From IMG/VR virus record IMGVR_UViG_3300047323_000428, positions 21,208-85,207 of that record: 64,000 nucleotides of DNA, one strand, 5' to 3'. The notes below the pieces were generated by a model. The model made no database searches, was not told the origin of the DNA, and saw only the letters and a program-made list of their open reading frames with translations. The DNA is from a virus. Lineage: Duplodnaviria > Heunggongvirae > Uroviricota > Caudoviricetes. How positions within the stretch are numbered: the stretch's first letter is position 1; each line of letters begins with the position of its first letter. Positions 56,566 through 64,000 of this stretch are shown one piece after another. The position numbers and the translations under genes are program-made.

Positions 56566-59500
56566 TTACGACAGAATCTCCGCCGTCTTCTCGAACACCG
56601 CCGCGAGCACGTCAGCCTTCGCCGGGTCAAAGAGGACTTGCTGCGCGTTGATACCGCACACAACGCTGGCGTCCAGCGTCTTGTCGAAGATCACCTTGCC
56701 AGCAAGCTCGGCCGTGCCGCCCTTGATGCCCGGCACAAAGTGCTTGATCGTGGCCGAGCCGAGCGCGACGATCACCGCCGGCTTAATGAGCTCCAACTCG
56801 CGCTGCAGGAAGCCCTTGCAGTTGTTGATCTGGCCGTTGGAGAGGAACTTGTCGTTCTTCTTCGCCTTGACGAGCGACGTGTAGTAGCCCTCTGCCGGAT
56901 TCAGCCCCGCCGCCTTGATCGCTTCCTTGATGAAATCCGCGGCGTCGCCTTCGAGCATCTTGTCGGCCTTCTCCTCCTGCCAGCTTGGGCAGTCGGACAC
57001 CACCATGAACTTCACCGTGTGCTTGGCGCGCACCGTCGGGTGAGGCTGTCCCGCGAGGTCGCAGCTTTCGCAGCCCTTGTATTCCTGCACGAGCGAAATC
57101 ACCTTCGCCCGCAAGAACTTCTCCTTCAGGTCGGTCGTGCGATCGGCCTTCACCGCGTCGATAATCAGCCCGCCCATGAGTTCGGTCTGGTCACGCCGGC
57201 GGTCCAGGTGTCGCGCGGGCAACGATCCGGGTTTAATCGGCACGAGCGCACCGACCTTGTCCAGCACATCACGCACCTTCGAATTGACTTTCGAGCCCTT
57301 CGCCTCTGTGATCTTGAGGAAGTGCTCCTCGTCACGGAAGGCGCCGCCCTCGAGATTGCGCAGCTCCACCATCCGCTTGGCCGTGTTCTCGGAGATCCCC
57401 TTCACTGCCGAGAATGGCGCGAGCAGGTGGTTGTCGTCGGGGATGGTGAAGCGCTCGCGCGAGAGGTTGATATCGGGCGGCAGCACCTCGATCCCGTATT
57501 CACGCGCTTCCTCGACGAGCTTGGGCAACTTGTCCTCGTCCACGATCGACATACAGGCAGCGAAGTATTCCGCCGGGTAGCGCACCCGCACCCAGAGCGA
57601 CCAGTAGCTAATGATCGAATACTCGACCGCGTGGCTCTTGTTAAAACCGTAGCCTGCAAAGGCCTCGATCTTGTCGAAGATGCGACCCGCGACCTCTTCG
57701 TTCATGCCGGACGTGGAGTGACAGCCATCGACCCACTTCTGTCGCATTTCGGCCATCTTGTCCTTGTCCTTCTTGCCCATCGCTTTCCGCAGGTGGTCCG
57801 CTTCCGCCTTCGTGAAACCTGCGAGGTCGACCGCGACCTGCATGACCTGTTCCTGGTAGACGATGACGCCATAGGTGTCCTTGAGCGCCGCCTCCATGTT
57901 CGGGTGGTCGTAGCTGATCGACTTCACGCCCTGCTTGATCTGGATGAAGTCGTCCATCAGGCCCGAGTCCATTGGGCCCGGTCGATAGAGCGCGGTGGCC
58001 GCTGTCACGTCATCGAACGTAAGCGGCCCACCCATCGCCAGATTCCTGAGCAGCGCCTTCATGCCGCCTGAGTCGAACTGGAACACACCCGTCGTGTCGC
58101 CCGCGCCAAATGCCTGCATGACGTCCGATTCACCCAGCGGAATGTCGAGGTAGTTGACCTTCACCCCGTGCCGCTCTTCGATGTAGCTCTTGGCGATCTC
58201 CAGCACATCGAGCGTGGAGAGCCCCAGAATGTCCATCTTGACCAAGCCCCAGTCCTCGACGACCCGCTTGTCCCAGTTCACCACCGGCGACTCGCCACGC
58301 GTTTCAACGACCGCACGGTTCACAAGCGGCTCGCCCGCGACCACGATACCCGCTGCGTGCTGGCCGAAGTTGCGCATGGCGCCTTCGAGCTTCAGGGCGT
58401 GGCCCCACACCTCCGGGTGCTCGTCGCGGAACTTCTCCAGCTCGGGCACGGCTTTGGCCGATTCCGTGAGCGTGAGGGAATTGCCGTGCTCTTTGGGCAC
58501 GAGCTTGGTAGCGGTCAGTTCGAGCGGCTGCATGCCATGCACGCGGCCGGTGTCGCGTAGCGCGGAGGCAGAAGCGAGCGTCGAATAGTTGGAGATGCCG
58601 GCGACGCGATCCTTGCCGTATTTGGCGGTCAGGTATTCGATCACCAGATGGCGCTTGCTTGACATGAAATCGAGGTCGGCGTCGGGCAAGTCCAGACGCT
58701 CGGGGTTGATGAAGCGCTCGAACAGGAGATTGAACCGGATTGGATCCACATCGGTGATGCCAAGCAGGTAAGCGACGAGCGAGCCGCCCACCGATCCGCG
58801 GCCTGGGCCGACGATGATGCCGTTTTCCTTCGCCCACATCACGAGGTCTTCCACGAGCAGGAAGTAGCCCGCGAAGCCCATTTTCTTGAGCACCGACAAC
58901 TCGTATTGGAGTCGCTCCTTGTAGACGGGCATGTCGGCCGCCGTCGGCATGTAACCGAGCACGGCCACCGAGAAGCGCCGCTTCCAGCCTTCGAGACACT
59001 TCTTGCCGAGCGCCATGAACTCGTTTTCGGCCATCTGCGGCAGCGACACCGGCTGCTTCTTGAACTCGTAGCCACAGGCGGCCGCGATCTTCTCGACGTT
59101 CTGCAGGCCGGCGAGCCAGAGCTTCGGTTCGTTCACGCCATAGAACTTGACCGCGCGAGCGTGCGCGGCCTTCATCTTGTCGACCAGGTGCTTCGGTTCG
59201 TGAAAGCCGAAGTCCTTCACGTGCTGAATCGAGCGGAACTTCGTGTCCATCTTGTCGCCGTCGGCGATCACCTTCAGCACCGCGAGCGTGTCAGCGTCCT
59301 CGTTCTCCCGATAGTAGGTCGGGAACGTGATGATCGGCTGAATGTCGAGGATGCGCGCAATCGTCAGCGCCTTTGCGTTGAGCGTGTCGTAGAGCGGCGT
59401 GTCGATCGGCACGAGCTCCACGAAGAAGTCGTCGGCGAAGAAGTCCTTGAGCTTTCGCGCGTGCGCTTCGGCTTGCGGGTGATGGAACAGGCCGTTGTAG

Positions 59501-59931
59501 TCGCCGGTCGTGACGACCACGCCCTCGAGCTCCAGCACGTCGTTCAGGCCCACGCGCGAGACATAGTAGAAATACTCGGGCGAATTGGCCTTCGACAGCA
59601 GCTTGATAAGGCTCGACACCCCGCGCTCGTCCTTCGCGTAGACCTTGAGCGTCACCATCGGGTTCGGCTTGTCTGCGTGCGTGTCGCCCTTCTTGGGCTT
59701 GCGGTGCGTCGGATCGTCGACCACGCGCAACTCGCAGCCGATGATCGCCTTGATGCCGACTTTCTTCGCACGATTGGCGAAGTCGACCATCGCGTGCAGG
59801 CTCATCGCGTCGGTGAGCGCAACCGACTCGTAGCCCAGCTCCTTCGCCTTTGTGACGAGTTGGTCGACCTGAAGCATCGAGCGGCCGATGGAGAAGTCGC
59901 TCCTTACGCCGAGCGCGTGCCCGAGATTCAT
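56566..59931 (-). CDS. dnaE: DnaE-type (Pol III alpha-like, PHP domain) DNA polymerase with a C-terminal UDG-like (family 4/5 fold) domain
   Basis: PHP domain at the N-terminus, polymerase core, and a (HhH)2 motif GISENTAKRMVELR. The last ~200 aa align with the family-4 uracil-DNA glycosylase fold (…CKGFLQRELELIKPAVIVALGSATIKHF…), but the GEAPG and GrPFvG motifs are replaced by SDCPSW and DKMLEG. Confidence 0.8.
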   Translation of the reverse strand: MNLGHALGVRSDFSIGRSMLQVDQLVTKAKELGYESVALTDAMSLHAMVDFANRAKKVGIKAIIGCELRVVDDPTHRKPKKGDTHADKPNPMVTLKVYAKDERGVSSLIKLLSKANSPEYFYYVSRVGLNDVLELEGVVVTTGDYNGLFHHPQAEAHARKLKDFFADDFFVELVPIDTPLYDTLNAKALTIARILDIQPIITFPTYYRENEDADTLAVLKVIADGDKMDTKFRSIQHVKDFGFHEPKHLVDKMKAAHARAVKFYGVNEPKLWLAGLQNVEKIAAACGYEFKKQPVSLPQMAENEFMALGKKCLEGWKRRFSVAVLGYMPTAADMPVYKERLQYELSVLKKMGFAGYFLLVEDLVMWAKENGIIVGPGRGSVGGSLVAYLLGITDVDPIRFNLLFERFINPERLDLPDADLDFMSSKRHLVIEYLTAKYGKDRVAGISNYSTLASASALRDTGRVHGMQPLELTATKLVPKEHGNSLTLTESAKAVPELEKFRDEHPEVWGHALKLEGAMRNFGQHAAGIVVAGEPLVNRAVVETRGESPVVNWDKRVVEDWGLVKMDILGLSTLDVLEIAKSYIEERHGVKVNYLDIPLGESDVMQAFGAGDTTGVFQFDSGGMKALLRNLAMGGPLTFDDVTAATALYRPGPMDSGLMDDFIQIKQGVKSISYDHPNMEAALKDTYGVIVYQEQVMQVAVDLAGFTKAEADHLRKAMGKKDKDKMAEMRQKWVDGCHSTSGMNEEVAGRIFDKIEAFAGYGFNKSHAVEYSIISYWSLWVRVRYPAEYFAACMSIVDEDKLPKLVEEAREYGIEVLPPDINLSRERFTIPDDNHLLAPFSAVKGISENTAKRMVELRNLEGGAFRDEEHFLKITEAKGSKVNSKVRDVLDKVGALVPIKPGSLPARHLDRRRDQTELMGGLIIDAVKADRTTDLKEKFLRAKVISLVQEYKGCESCDLAGQPHPTVRAKHTVKFMVVSDCPSWQEEKADKMLEGDAADFIKEAIKAAGLNPAEGYYTSLVKAKKNDKFLSNGQINNCKGFLQRELELIKPAVIVALGSATIKHFVPGIKGGTAELAGKVIFDKTLDASVVCGINAQQVLFDPAKADVLAAVFEKTAEILS

Positions 59932-60383
59932 GCCTGCTCCTTGATGAAGTCACGGATGCGTTTCGCCACGTCGGCAGCCTCGCCAGCTTGGTCGCTGAAC
60001 ACGTAGGCACTCTTCGTGAACAGTTCAGTCGCTTCGTGGTCTTCCAGGTCGAAAAACTTCTGCACCGCGAGCCAGCCCGTCAAGCCATCGAAATAAGGCA
60101 CGGCCTGGTTGTCGCAGCAGTCGGCGAGGAGCTTGAGGCCTTCGGCCTGAAATTCCGGCATCATCGCTGCGTGTCCGCAGGCGCACGCAGCGGTGCCACA
60201 TGCGATCGAGGTCGGGTCGACCTGCCACATTTCGCCTTCGTTCGTCTCAATGGCTTCGCCGAAGATCTTGAAGTTCTCGTGGCTGTCGGCTTCGAACCAC
60301 TCGTCCAGCTTGAACTCGGCCTTCGCCACGAACTTCTGCGCTTCGAGCACTTCGGCCAGGCGCGTCAAACGCTCCACGTTCAT
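59928..60383 (-). CDS. Hypothetical Cys-rich protein; a paralog of 36687-37175
   Basis: Shares the motif IACGTAACACGHAAMMPEF with 36687-37175. Confidence 0.5.
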   Translation of the reverse strand: MNVERLTRLAEVLEAQKFVAKAEFKLDEWFEADSHENFKIFGEAIETNEGEMWQVDPTSIACGTAACACGHAAMMPEFQAEGLKLLADCCDNQAVPYFDGLTGWLAVQKFFDLEDHEATELFTKSAYVFSDQAGEAADVAKRIRDFIKEQA

Positions 60384-60425
60384 TTCGTTCTCCAGTGTTT
60401 GTGTGTTTCGCGTGCTGCTATTGTT

Positions 60426-61184
60426 TCAAGCGCGCGCAGGGGTTAGTTCGAGGCGACCGTCGTTTTCGACGGCAATGTGAAAGCGCGTCATCAGCGGGAA
60501 CACCTGCGAGACGTGCGACGAGGCGGCCGAGTCGCCCCAACCCAATTCGTCGGTGAATCGCTGCTTTAGAGCGCTTCTCGTCGCGCCACCGCTAATGAGT
60601 GCGTCGCAGACAATGCGCATGAATTCTGGCTTCGCTGTAGCGAACGGATTCGAGCCGGCCGACAAGTCTTTGCGCATTGCATCGATCAATCCGGCTTTGA
60701 TGAAGCGCGCCGCGTGCTCGGCGGCTTTCTTGGGCAACGCGGCGAGAATGGCTGCGTCGTCGTCGGTGACGGGCATCTCCACCTTCTCCACCTTCGTCGT
60801 GCGGGCGACGGGCTTTTTCGGCAGCTCGGCCTGCGTGACCGGCACGGCCGCAACCACTTCGTCCTCTTCCTGCTCCAGCATGGCGCGCGCAACGTCCGAC
60901 ACGACCGGCGCTTGACGCTCGACCTGCATCGCCTGAGCCTGTGCAAGCAGTGCCGGGCCCGGCATCGGTCCCCGCACCTTCTTCCTTGCCGCTTCGTGAC
61001 GCGCCAGCAAGTCGCGCACGTTGACCGTGCTTTGGATGGCCTCCAGCGTTTTCACCGCCTCGCCCGCGCACTGGTCGAACACACCGCACTGGCGGCACAC
61101 CTGCGAGTCGTGGCTGAAAACGCTCGCTGCGGCAAAGCACCCCGGCGCCATCGCAGGTGCCGCAACTTGAATGGACTGCTCCAT
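60426..61184 (-). CDS. Hypothetical protein with an N-terminal Cys4 cluster, encoded immediately downstream of the sigma-factor gene
   Basis: Contains CFAA...CRQCGVFDQC. Confidence 0.5.
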   Translation of the reverse strand: MEQSIQVAAPAMAPGCFAAASVFSHDSQVCRQCGVFDQCAGEAVKTLEAIQSTVNVRDLLARHEAARKKVRGPMPGPALLAQAQAMQVERQAPVVSDVARAMLEQEEDEVVAAVPVTQAELPKKPVARTTKVEKVEMPVTDDDAAILAALPKKAAEHAARFIKAGLIDAMRKDLSAGSNPFATAKPEFMRIVCDALISGGATRSALKQRFTDELGWGDSAASSHVSQVFPLMTRFHIAVENDGRLELTPARA

Positions 61185-61197
61185 GCTGGATATTCCC

Positions 61198-61845
61198 TTA
61201 CAGTGTGTCGATCAATTCACGCACTTCCCTGCCGGCTGCCGTGATCTCTTTGGCGCGTTCGGGCATGGTCATGCGCAAAAACTTGCAGATGAAGGAGACG
61301 TTCACGCCCGCGAAGCTCCTCATGTTCTCGCCGACGCTGCGTGCGTATTCGGCGTGAGCCTGATGCTTGGCGATTTCCTCGAGCAGCGCCTTCGGCGGCT
61401 GTGCGATCCACTCGACGATGAGCCCGGCGATCGGCGACAGGCGCTCGACGACCCGCTCCATTGCGTCGGCGGCCTCGCGCTGCTCCATCCACTGCTCCGG
61501 CGTGATCGCCTGGCAGGCAATGCGCTCGACCGCGTGCATGTCGTCATCGGTGGTCAGCTCCTCGAAGCTGCGCACGCCGTTGGTGATGCGCTCCTCCTCG
61601 ACGTCGCCCGCAACACGGTTCAGCTTGTTGTAGGCGCTGCGCGCGAAGTAGGTATTGAATTCGAACCCTTTTGTCGGGTCGAATTTCTGGTGGGCTTCGA
61701 GAAAGGCGATGCGAACATCGCCAAACACGTCGTCATAGTCCAATGCGGCACCCATCCCCTGGAGTCGTCCGTAGCACTTGCGTGCGATCGTGTGGACGAA
61801 CCCCAGGTTGCCCGCATAGCACTCGGAAACGTCGGCGCTATACAT
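61198..61845 (-). CDS. Phage-encoded sigma-70-family protein (recognisable region 2 only)
   Basis: YDDVFGDVRIAFLEAHQKFDPTKGFEFNTYFARSAYNKL aligns with sigma70 region 2.1-2.3 ([37 protein letters not shown]). No obvious region 4 is present. Confidence 0.6.
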   Translation of the reverse strand: MYSADVSECYAGNLGFVHTIARKCYGRLQGMGAALDYDDVFGDVRIAFLEAHQKFDPTKGFEFNTYFARSAYNKLNRVAGDVEEERITNGVRSFEELTTDDDMHAVERIACQAITPEQWMEQREAADAMERVVERLSPIAGLIVEWIAQPPKALLEEIAKHQAHAEYARSVGENMRSFAGVNVSFICKFLRMTMPERAKEITAAGREVRELIDTL

Positions 61846-61857
61846 TTGGCTCCTCTC

Positions 61858-61875
61858 TAGTCAACTTTGACTGTT
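61858..61875 (-). promoter_or_regulatory. PDM copy (TAGTCAACTTTGACTGTT), 13 nt upstream of the sigma-factor ATG
   Basis: On the minus strand it reads AACAGTCAAAGTTGACTA, followed by GAGAGGAGCCAA and then ATG. Only the ribosome-binding site fits between the motif and the start codon. Confidence 0.8.
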
Positions 61876-61882
61876 ACGCCGA

Positions 61883-63085
61883 TTAGCCGAAGATGCGCTG
61901 AGCCAAGCCGTCGACAACCTCCCGGTCGACTTTGGAGAGCTTGTTGATGAAGGAGAGTTGAATCCCCTGGCGCCACGAACCGCGCTTCACGCCGATCTTT
62001 GCCGCGTAAATCAGCGTGCGAGGCGAAATGACGTCGCTGATCTTGGCGCCGTCATACGATTCACGAACAAGCGCGGCGAAGTCCACGAGCTTGTCGGCGT
62101 CGTCAGCGCGCAGCCCGCAGCGCTTTTGCAGAATCAGGCTCTCGAACTTCTTCGCCATGTATTGCTTGTGAACCACCATGCCGAAGCGGTCGTAGTTGGC
62201 GCTGTTCTGAAGCGACGTGCCCTGATACAGACCGGTTTCGTCGCCCGAGCCGTTCGTGTTGCCCGTTGCGGCGAAGCGGAAGTTCGGGTGCGGCTTGATG
62301 ATGCGGTTTTCGGCGTCCGCTTCCTTGATGACGAGCGGCTTGCCTTCGAGCACGGCCTGATAGACCGACAGCACGCTCGGCAGCGCAAAGTCGTATTCGT
62401 CAGCGGCGTAGACCCAGCCGTTTTTCATGGCGAGCGGCAACGGTCCCAGCTCGAACTCGGTTTGGCCGTTCTTCACAACCCACTGGCCCACGATGTGGCT
62501 TTCTTCCGTGTTGACCGTATGCTGCACGCGGATCATGGCGCGGCCGGTGCGAGCGCAGATTTGCTCGTAAAGCTCCGACTTGCCCGAGCCCTTGTGGCCC
62601 CACACGTAAGTCGGAATGTTGAGCTCCAGCGCCAAGATGACGTTCTTGAGTTCGTCCACGTCGTAGACATAATCGTCCGAGACGGTCGGCACCAGGTCCG
62701 GGTTTTCCGGGTTGGTGATGACGCTGATGGGGATCGCTTCGCCCTTAGCCGAGAGCGCAGCCTTAATCTTGCCCAGGTTGAAGGTTTCGTGGAAGGCGGC
62801 GCGGGTTGGCGTGCCCTTCGGAATCAGTGCCGACACGCTTGCGAGCGCAGCACCCGTGCCCGCCATCTCGACGGCGGCCGGCGCAGGCGCTTCGGCTTCA
62901 GCGGCCTTTGCCGCGCGCTTCTTGTCCAGTTGCTCTTGCGCCAGCGCCGAGAGAATCGACGCACCGGGGAACTTCGTCTGATACTCGCTGATGGACAGTT
63001 CCGGGTGGTCTTGCTTGAGGTGCGACTGGATCACGTGGACTTGCGCGCCGCAGATTTTGCATTCGATCTTGTTCGTGTCGGCCAT
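61883..63085 (-). CDS. MoxR-family AAA+ ATPase (CobS/CbbQ/NorQ-like) with an N-terminal zinc-finger-like segment
   Basis: Walker A WGHKGSGKSE and Walker B AADEYDF. The N-terminus carries CKICGAQVHVIQSHLKQDH. Confidence 0.75.
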   Translation of the reverse strand: MADTNKIECKICGAQVHVIQSHLKQDHPELSISEYQTKFPGASILSALAQEQLDKKRAAKAAEAEAPAPAAVEMAGTGAALASVSALIPKGTPTRAAFHETFNLGKIKAALSAKGEAIPISVITNPENPDLVPTVSDDYVYDVDELKNVILALELNIPTYVWGHKGSGKSELYEQICARTGRAMIRVQHTVNTEESHIVGQWVVKNGQTEFELGPLPLAMKNGWVYAADEYDFALPSVLSVYQAVLEGKPLVIKEADAENRIIKPHPNFRFAATGNTNGSGDETGLYQGTSLQNSANYDRFGMVVHKQYMAKKFESLILQKRCGLRADDADKLVDFAALVRESYDGAKISDVISPRTLIYAAKIGVKRGSWRQGIQLSFINKLSKVDREVVDGLAQRIFG

Positions 63086-63161
63086 TTTTCTTCTCCAAGA
63101 GTGTGTGAGTCGTTACTGATTGCAGCAACGTTGCTGCGATAAGTGAATGATAAAGATGAGC

Positions 63162-63198
63162 GGTAGGGAACGCTAGTCACTTTTGACTGTTCCCTACC
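63162..63198 (-). promoter_or_regulatory. PDM copy (TAGTCACTTTTGACTGTT) embedded in a 10-bp perfect inverted repeat GGTAGGGAAC ... GTTCCCTACC
   Basis: Same architecture as 37678-37711. Lies between the vWA gene and the MoxR gene start. Confidence 0.8.
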
Positions 63199-63209
63199 GA
63201 AAACAACAA

Positions 63210-64000
63210 TCACCCGATCAACAGGTGGCGCAGCTCCTTCATCACGCGCGCTGGCAGTTCGGTCACGTCATTGAGGACCATGTTGCGCTTGTAGAAGTGG
63301 GTCACTTCGCTGGACTCGATGCCGATGCCTACGACGCGCACACCCGCCTTCTCGATCTGCTCCACCGTCTTTTTAAGGTGGTGGCGAAGCGCGGAACCGC
63401 CGTAGTAGGCAGCGGGTGCGCCATCGGACAGGACGATCATGATCTTGCCCGCTTCACGCCGAGCCAAGAGGCGGCGCGCGGCCACTTCGATCGACTCGCC
63501 ATCGACGTTGTTGGCGAGCGACGACGAATGCGGCAGCCAGGCGAAGCGGTTGCGCGTTTCCGTGCTGGTCATGCGGTCGTTGAAGCCTTTCAGAATCGGC
63601 ATGTAGAGGCTTTCCACCCGCGAGAAGCTCTTGCCCTTGCCAAGCAAGGCGAGCTCCTTCTCCATGCGCTCCCGATCTTCGATCGGACCAGTGGTGAAGC
63701 ACACCACTTCGCACTTGATGTTGAGGCGATCGAGCACCGATGCGAGCGCATACGCTGCCTTCGCTGCAGTGTGGATCTTCGAGCCGGACATTGAGCCCGA
63801 CATATCGACCACGAGTTCGACGGCCACGTCCTTGCTCGTCGATTCGTGCTTTTTACGGAACACGCGCGAGTCGCCCACCGCCAGGCGCGAGAGATTGCCC
63901 GCATGCAGCCGACCGGAGCGACGGCCGTTCTCCCACACCGACAGCGATCGGGCGGAAATGGCGCGCTCCAGATCCTTTTGCAGCGGCCCGACCATGTGGT
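63210..64000 (-). CDS. von Willebrand factor A domain protein (CobT-like partner of the MoxR ATPase); probably 5'-truncated by the window end
   Basis: MIDAS motif VVDMSGSMSG and IMIVLSDGAP. The ORF reaches the window edge. Confidence 0.7.
   Translation of the reverse strand, partial: HMVGPLQKDLERAISARSLSVWENGRRSGRLHAGNLSRLAVGDSRVFRKKHESTSKDVAVELVVDMSGSMSGSKIHTAAKAAYALASVLDRLNIKCEVVCFTTGPIEDRERMEKELALLGKGKSFSRVESLYMPILKGFNDRMTSTETRNRFAWLPHSSSLANNVDGESIEVAARRLLARREAGKIMIVLSDGAPAAYYGGSALRHHLKKTVEQIEKAGVRVVGIGIESSEVTHFYKRNMVLNDVTELPARVMKELRHLLIG

Noticed and set aside
1-64000. Evidence for a temperate lifestyle (integrase, repressor, attachment site)
   Set aside because: No tyrosine or serine recombinase, CI-like repressor or attachment-site-like tRNA fragment was seen in this window. 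The mazEF module and the host-type promoters are compatible with either lifestyle, so no call is made.

Overview
This 64-kb window reads as a contiguous, gene-dense segment of a GC-rich double-stranded DNA bacteriophage genome (I judged the base composition by eye). Almost every gene is on the minus strand and many are coupled by ATGA, GTGA or longer overlaps.

The recognisable modules are:
- **Head and packaging (1-4818):** a capsid-gene N-terminus cut by the window edge, then scaffold, portal, terminase large subunit and terminase small subunit.
- **Accessory cluster (4.9-10.8 kb):** a MarR-like regulator, a GNAT-like protein, thioredoxin, a standalone ABC-type ATPase, an HExxH metallopeptidase-like protein, and two ParB-like nuclease-domain proteins.
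- **The only plus-strand block (10.9-13.5 kb):** an SF2 helicase, then a terminator and promoter, a ribbon-helix-helix-like protein and a SLOG/DUF2493-like protein.
- **Compositionally foreign island (about 14.2-16.1 kb):** it carries host-type sigma70-like promoters and CACGTG palindromes.
- **Repeat-rich non-coding region (16.0-18.0 kb):** a T-depleted transcript candidate, iteron-like units, GGCCTAGGCC palindromes, and G-rich and C-rich tracts.
- **Small tandem paralogs and a MazE/MazF toxin-antitoxin pair (18.0-19.8 kb).**
- **A run of small hypothetical 'early-like' genes (19.9-33.5 kb):** includes a HicB-like protein, a kinase-like protein, a DnaQ-like exonuclease, and an SPFH-like lipoprotein next to a two-helix membrane protein.
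- **RtcB RNA ligase.**
- **Nucleotide-metabolism module (37.7-43.5 kb):** a P-loop dNMP-kinase-like protein, a MazG-like protein, ThyX, NrdB and NrdA.
- **Replication and recombination module (44-60 kb):** RuvC-like resolvase, SbcC/SbcD, an HNH endonuclease, a SleB-like hydrolase, two DUF3820-like paralogs, RecA-like recombinase, a 5'-3' exonuclease (flap endonuclease), a gp32-like single-stranded DNA-binding protein, and a DnaE-type polymerase with a C-terminal UDG-like domain.
- **Transcription and chaperone genes at the right end:** a phage sigma-70-family protein with region 2 only, and a MoxR AAA+ ATPase with a vWA protein.

The most striking non-genic signal is an 18-bp dyad motif, TAGTCAGTTTTGACTGTT, present about 27 times in one orientation. 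It sits in nearly every gap upstream of minus-strand genes and is a candidate phage-specific promoter or operator. A second striking signal is a C-terminal aromatic-Gly-Ser/Thr-Trp tail shared by many otherwise unrelated proteins.

No integrase or lysogeny module is visible in this window. Motif, repeat and terminator coordinates were read by hand from the numbered sequence lines; most were cross-checked against ORF-table coordinates on the same line, but treat them as accurate to about 2 bp. Refined gene starts were derived by codon arithmetic from the ORF table and are consistent with it.
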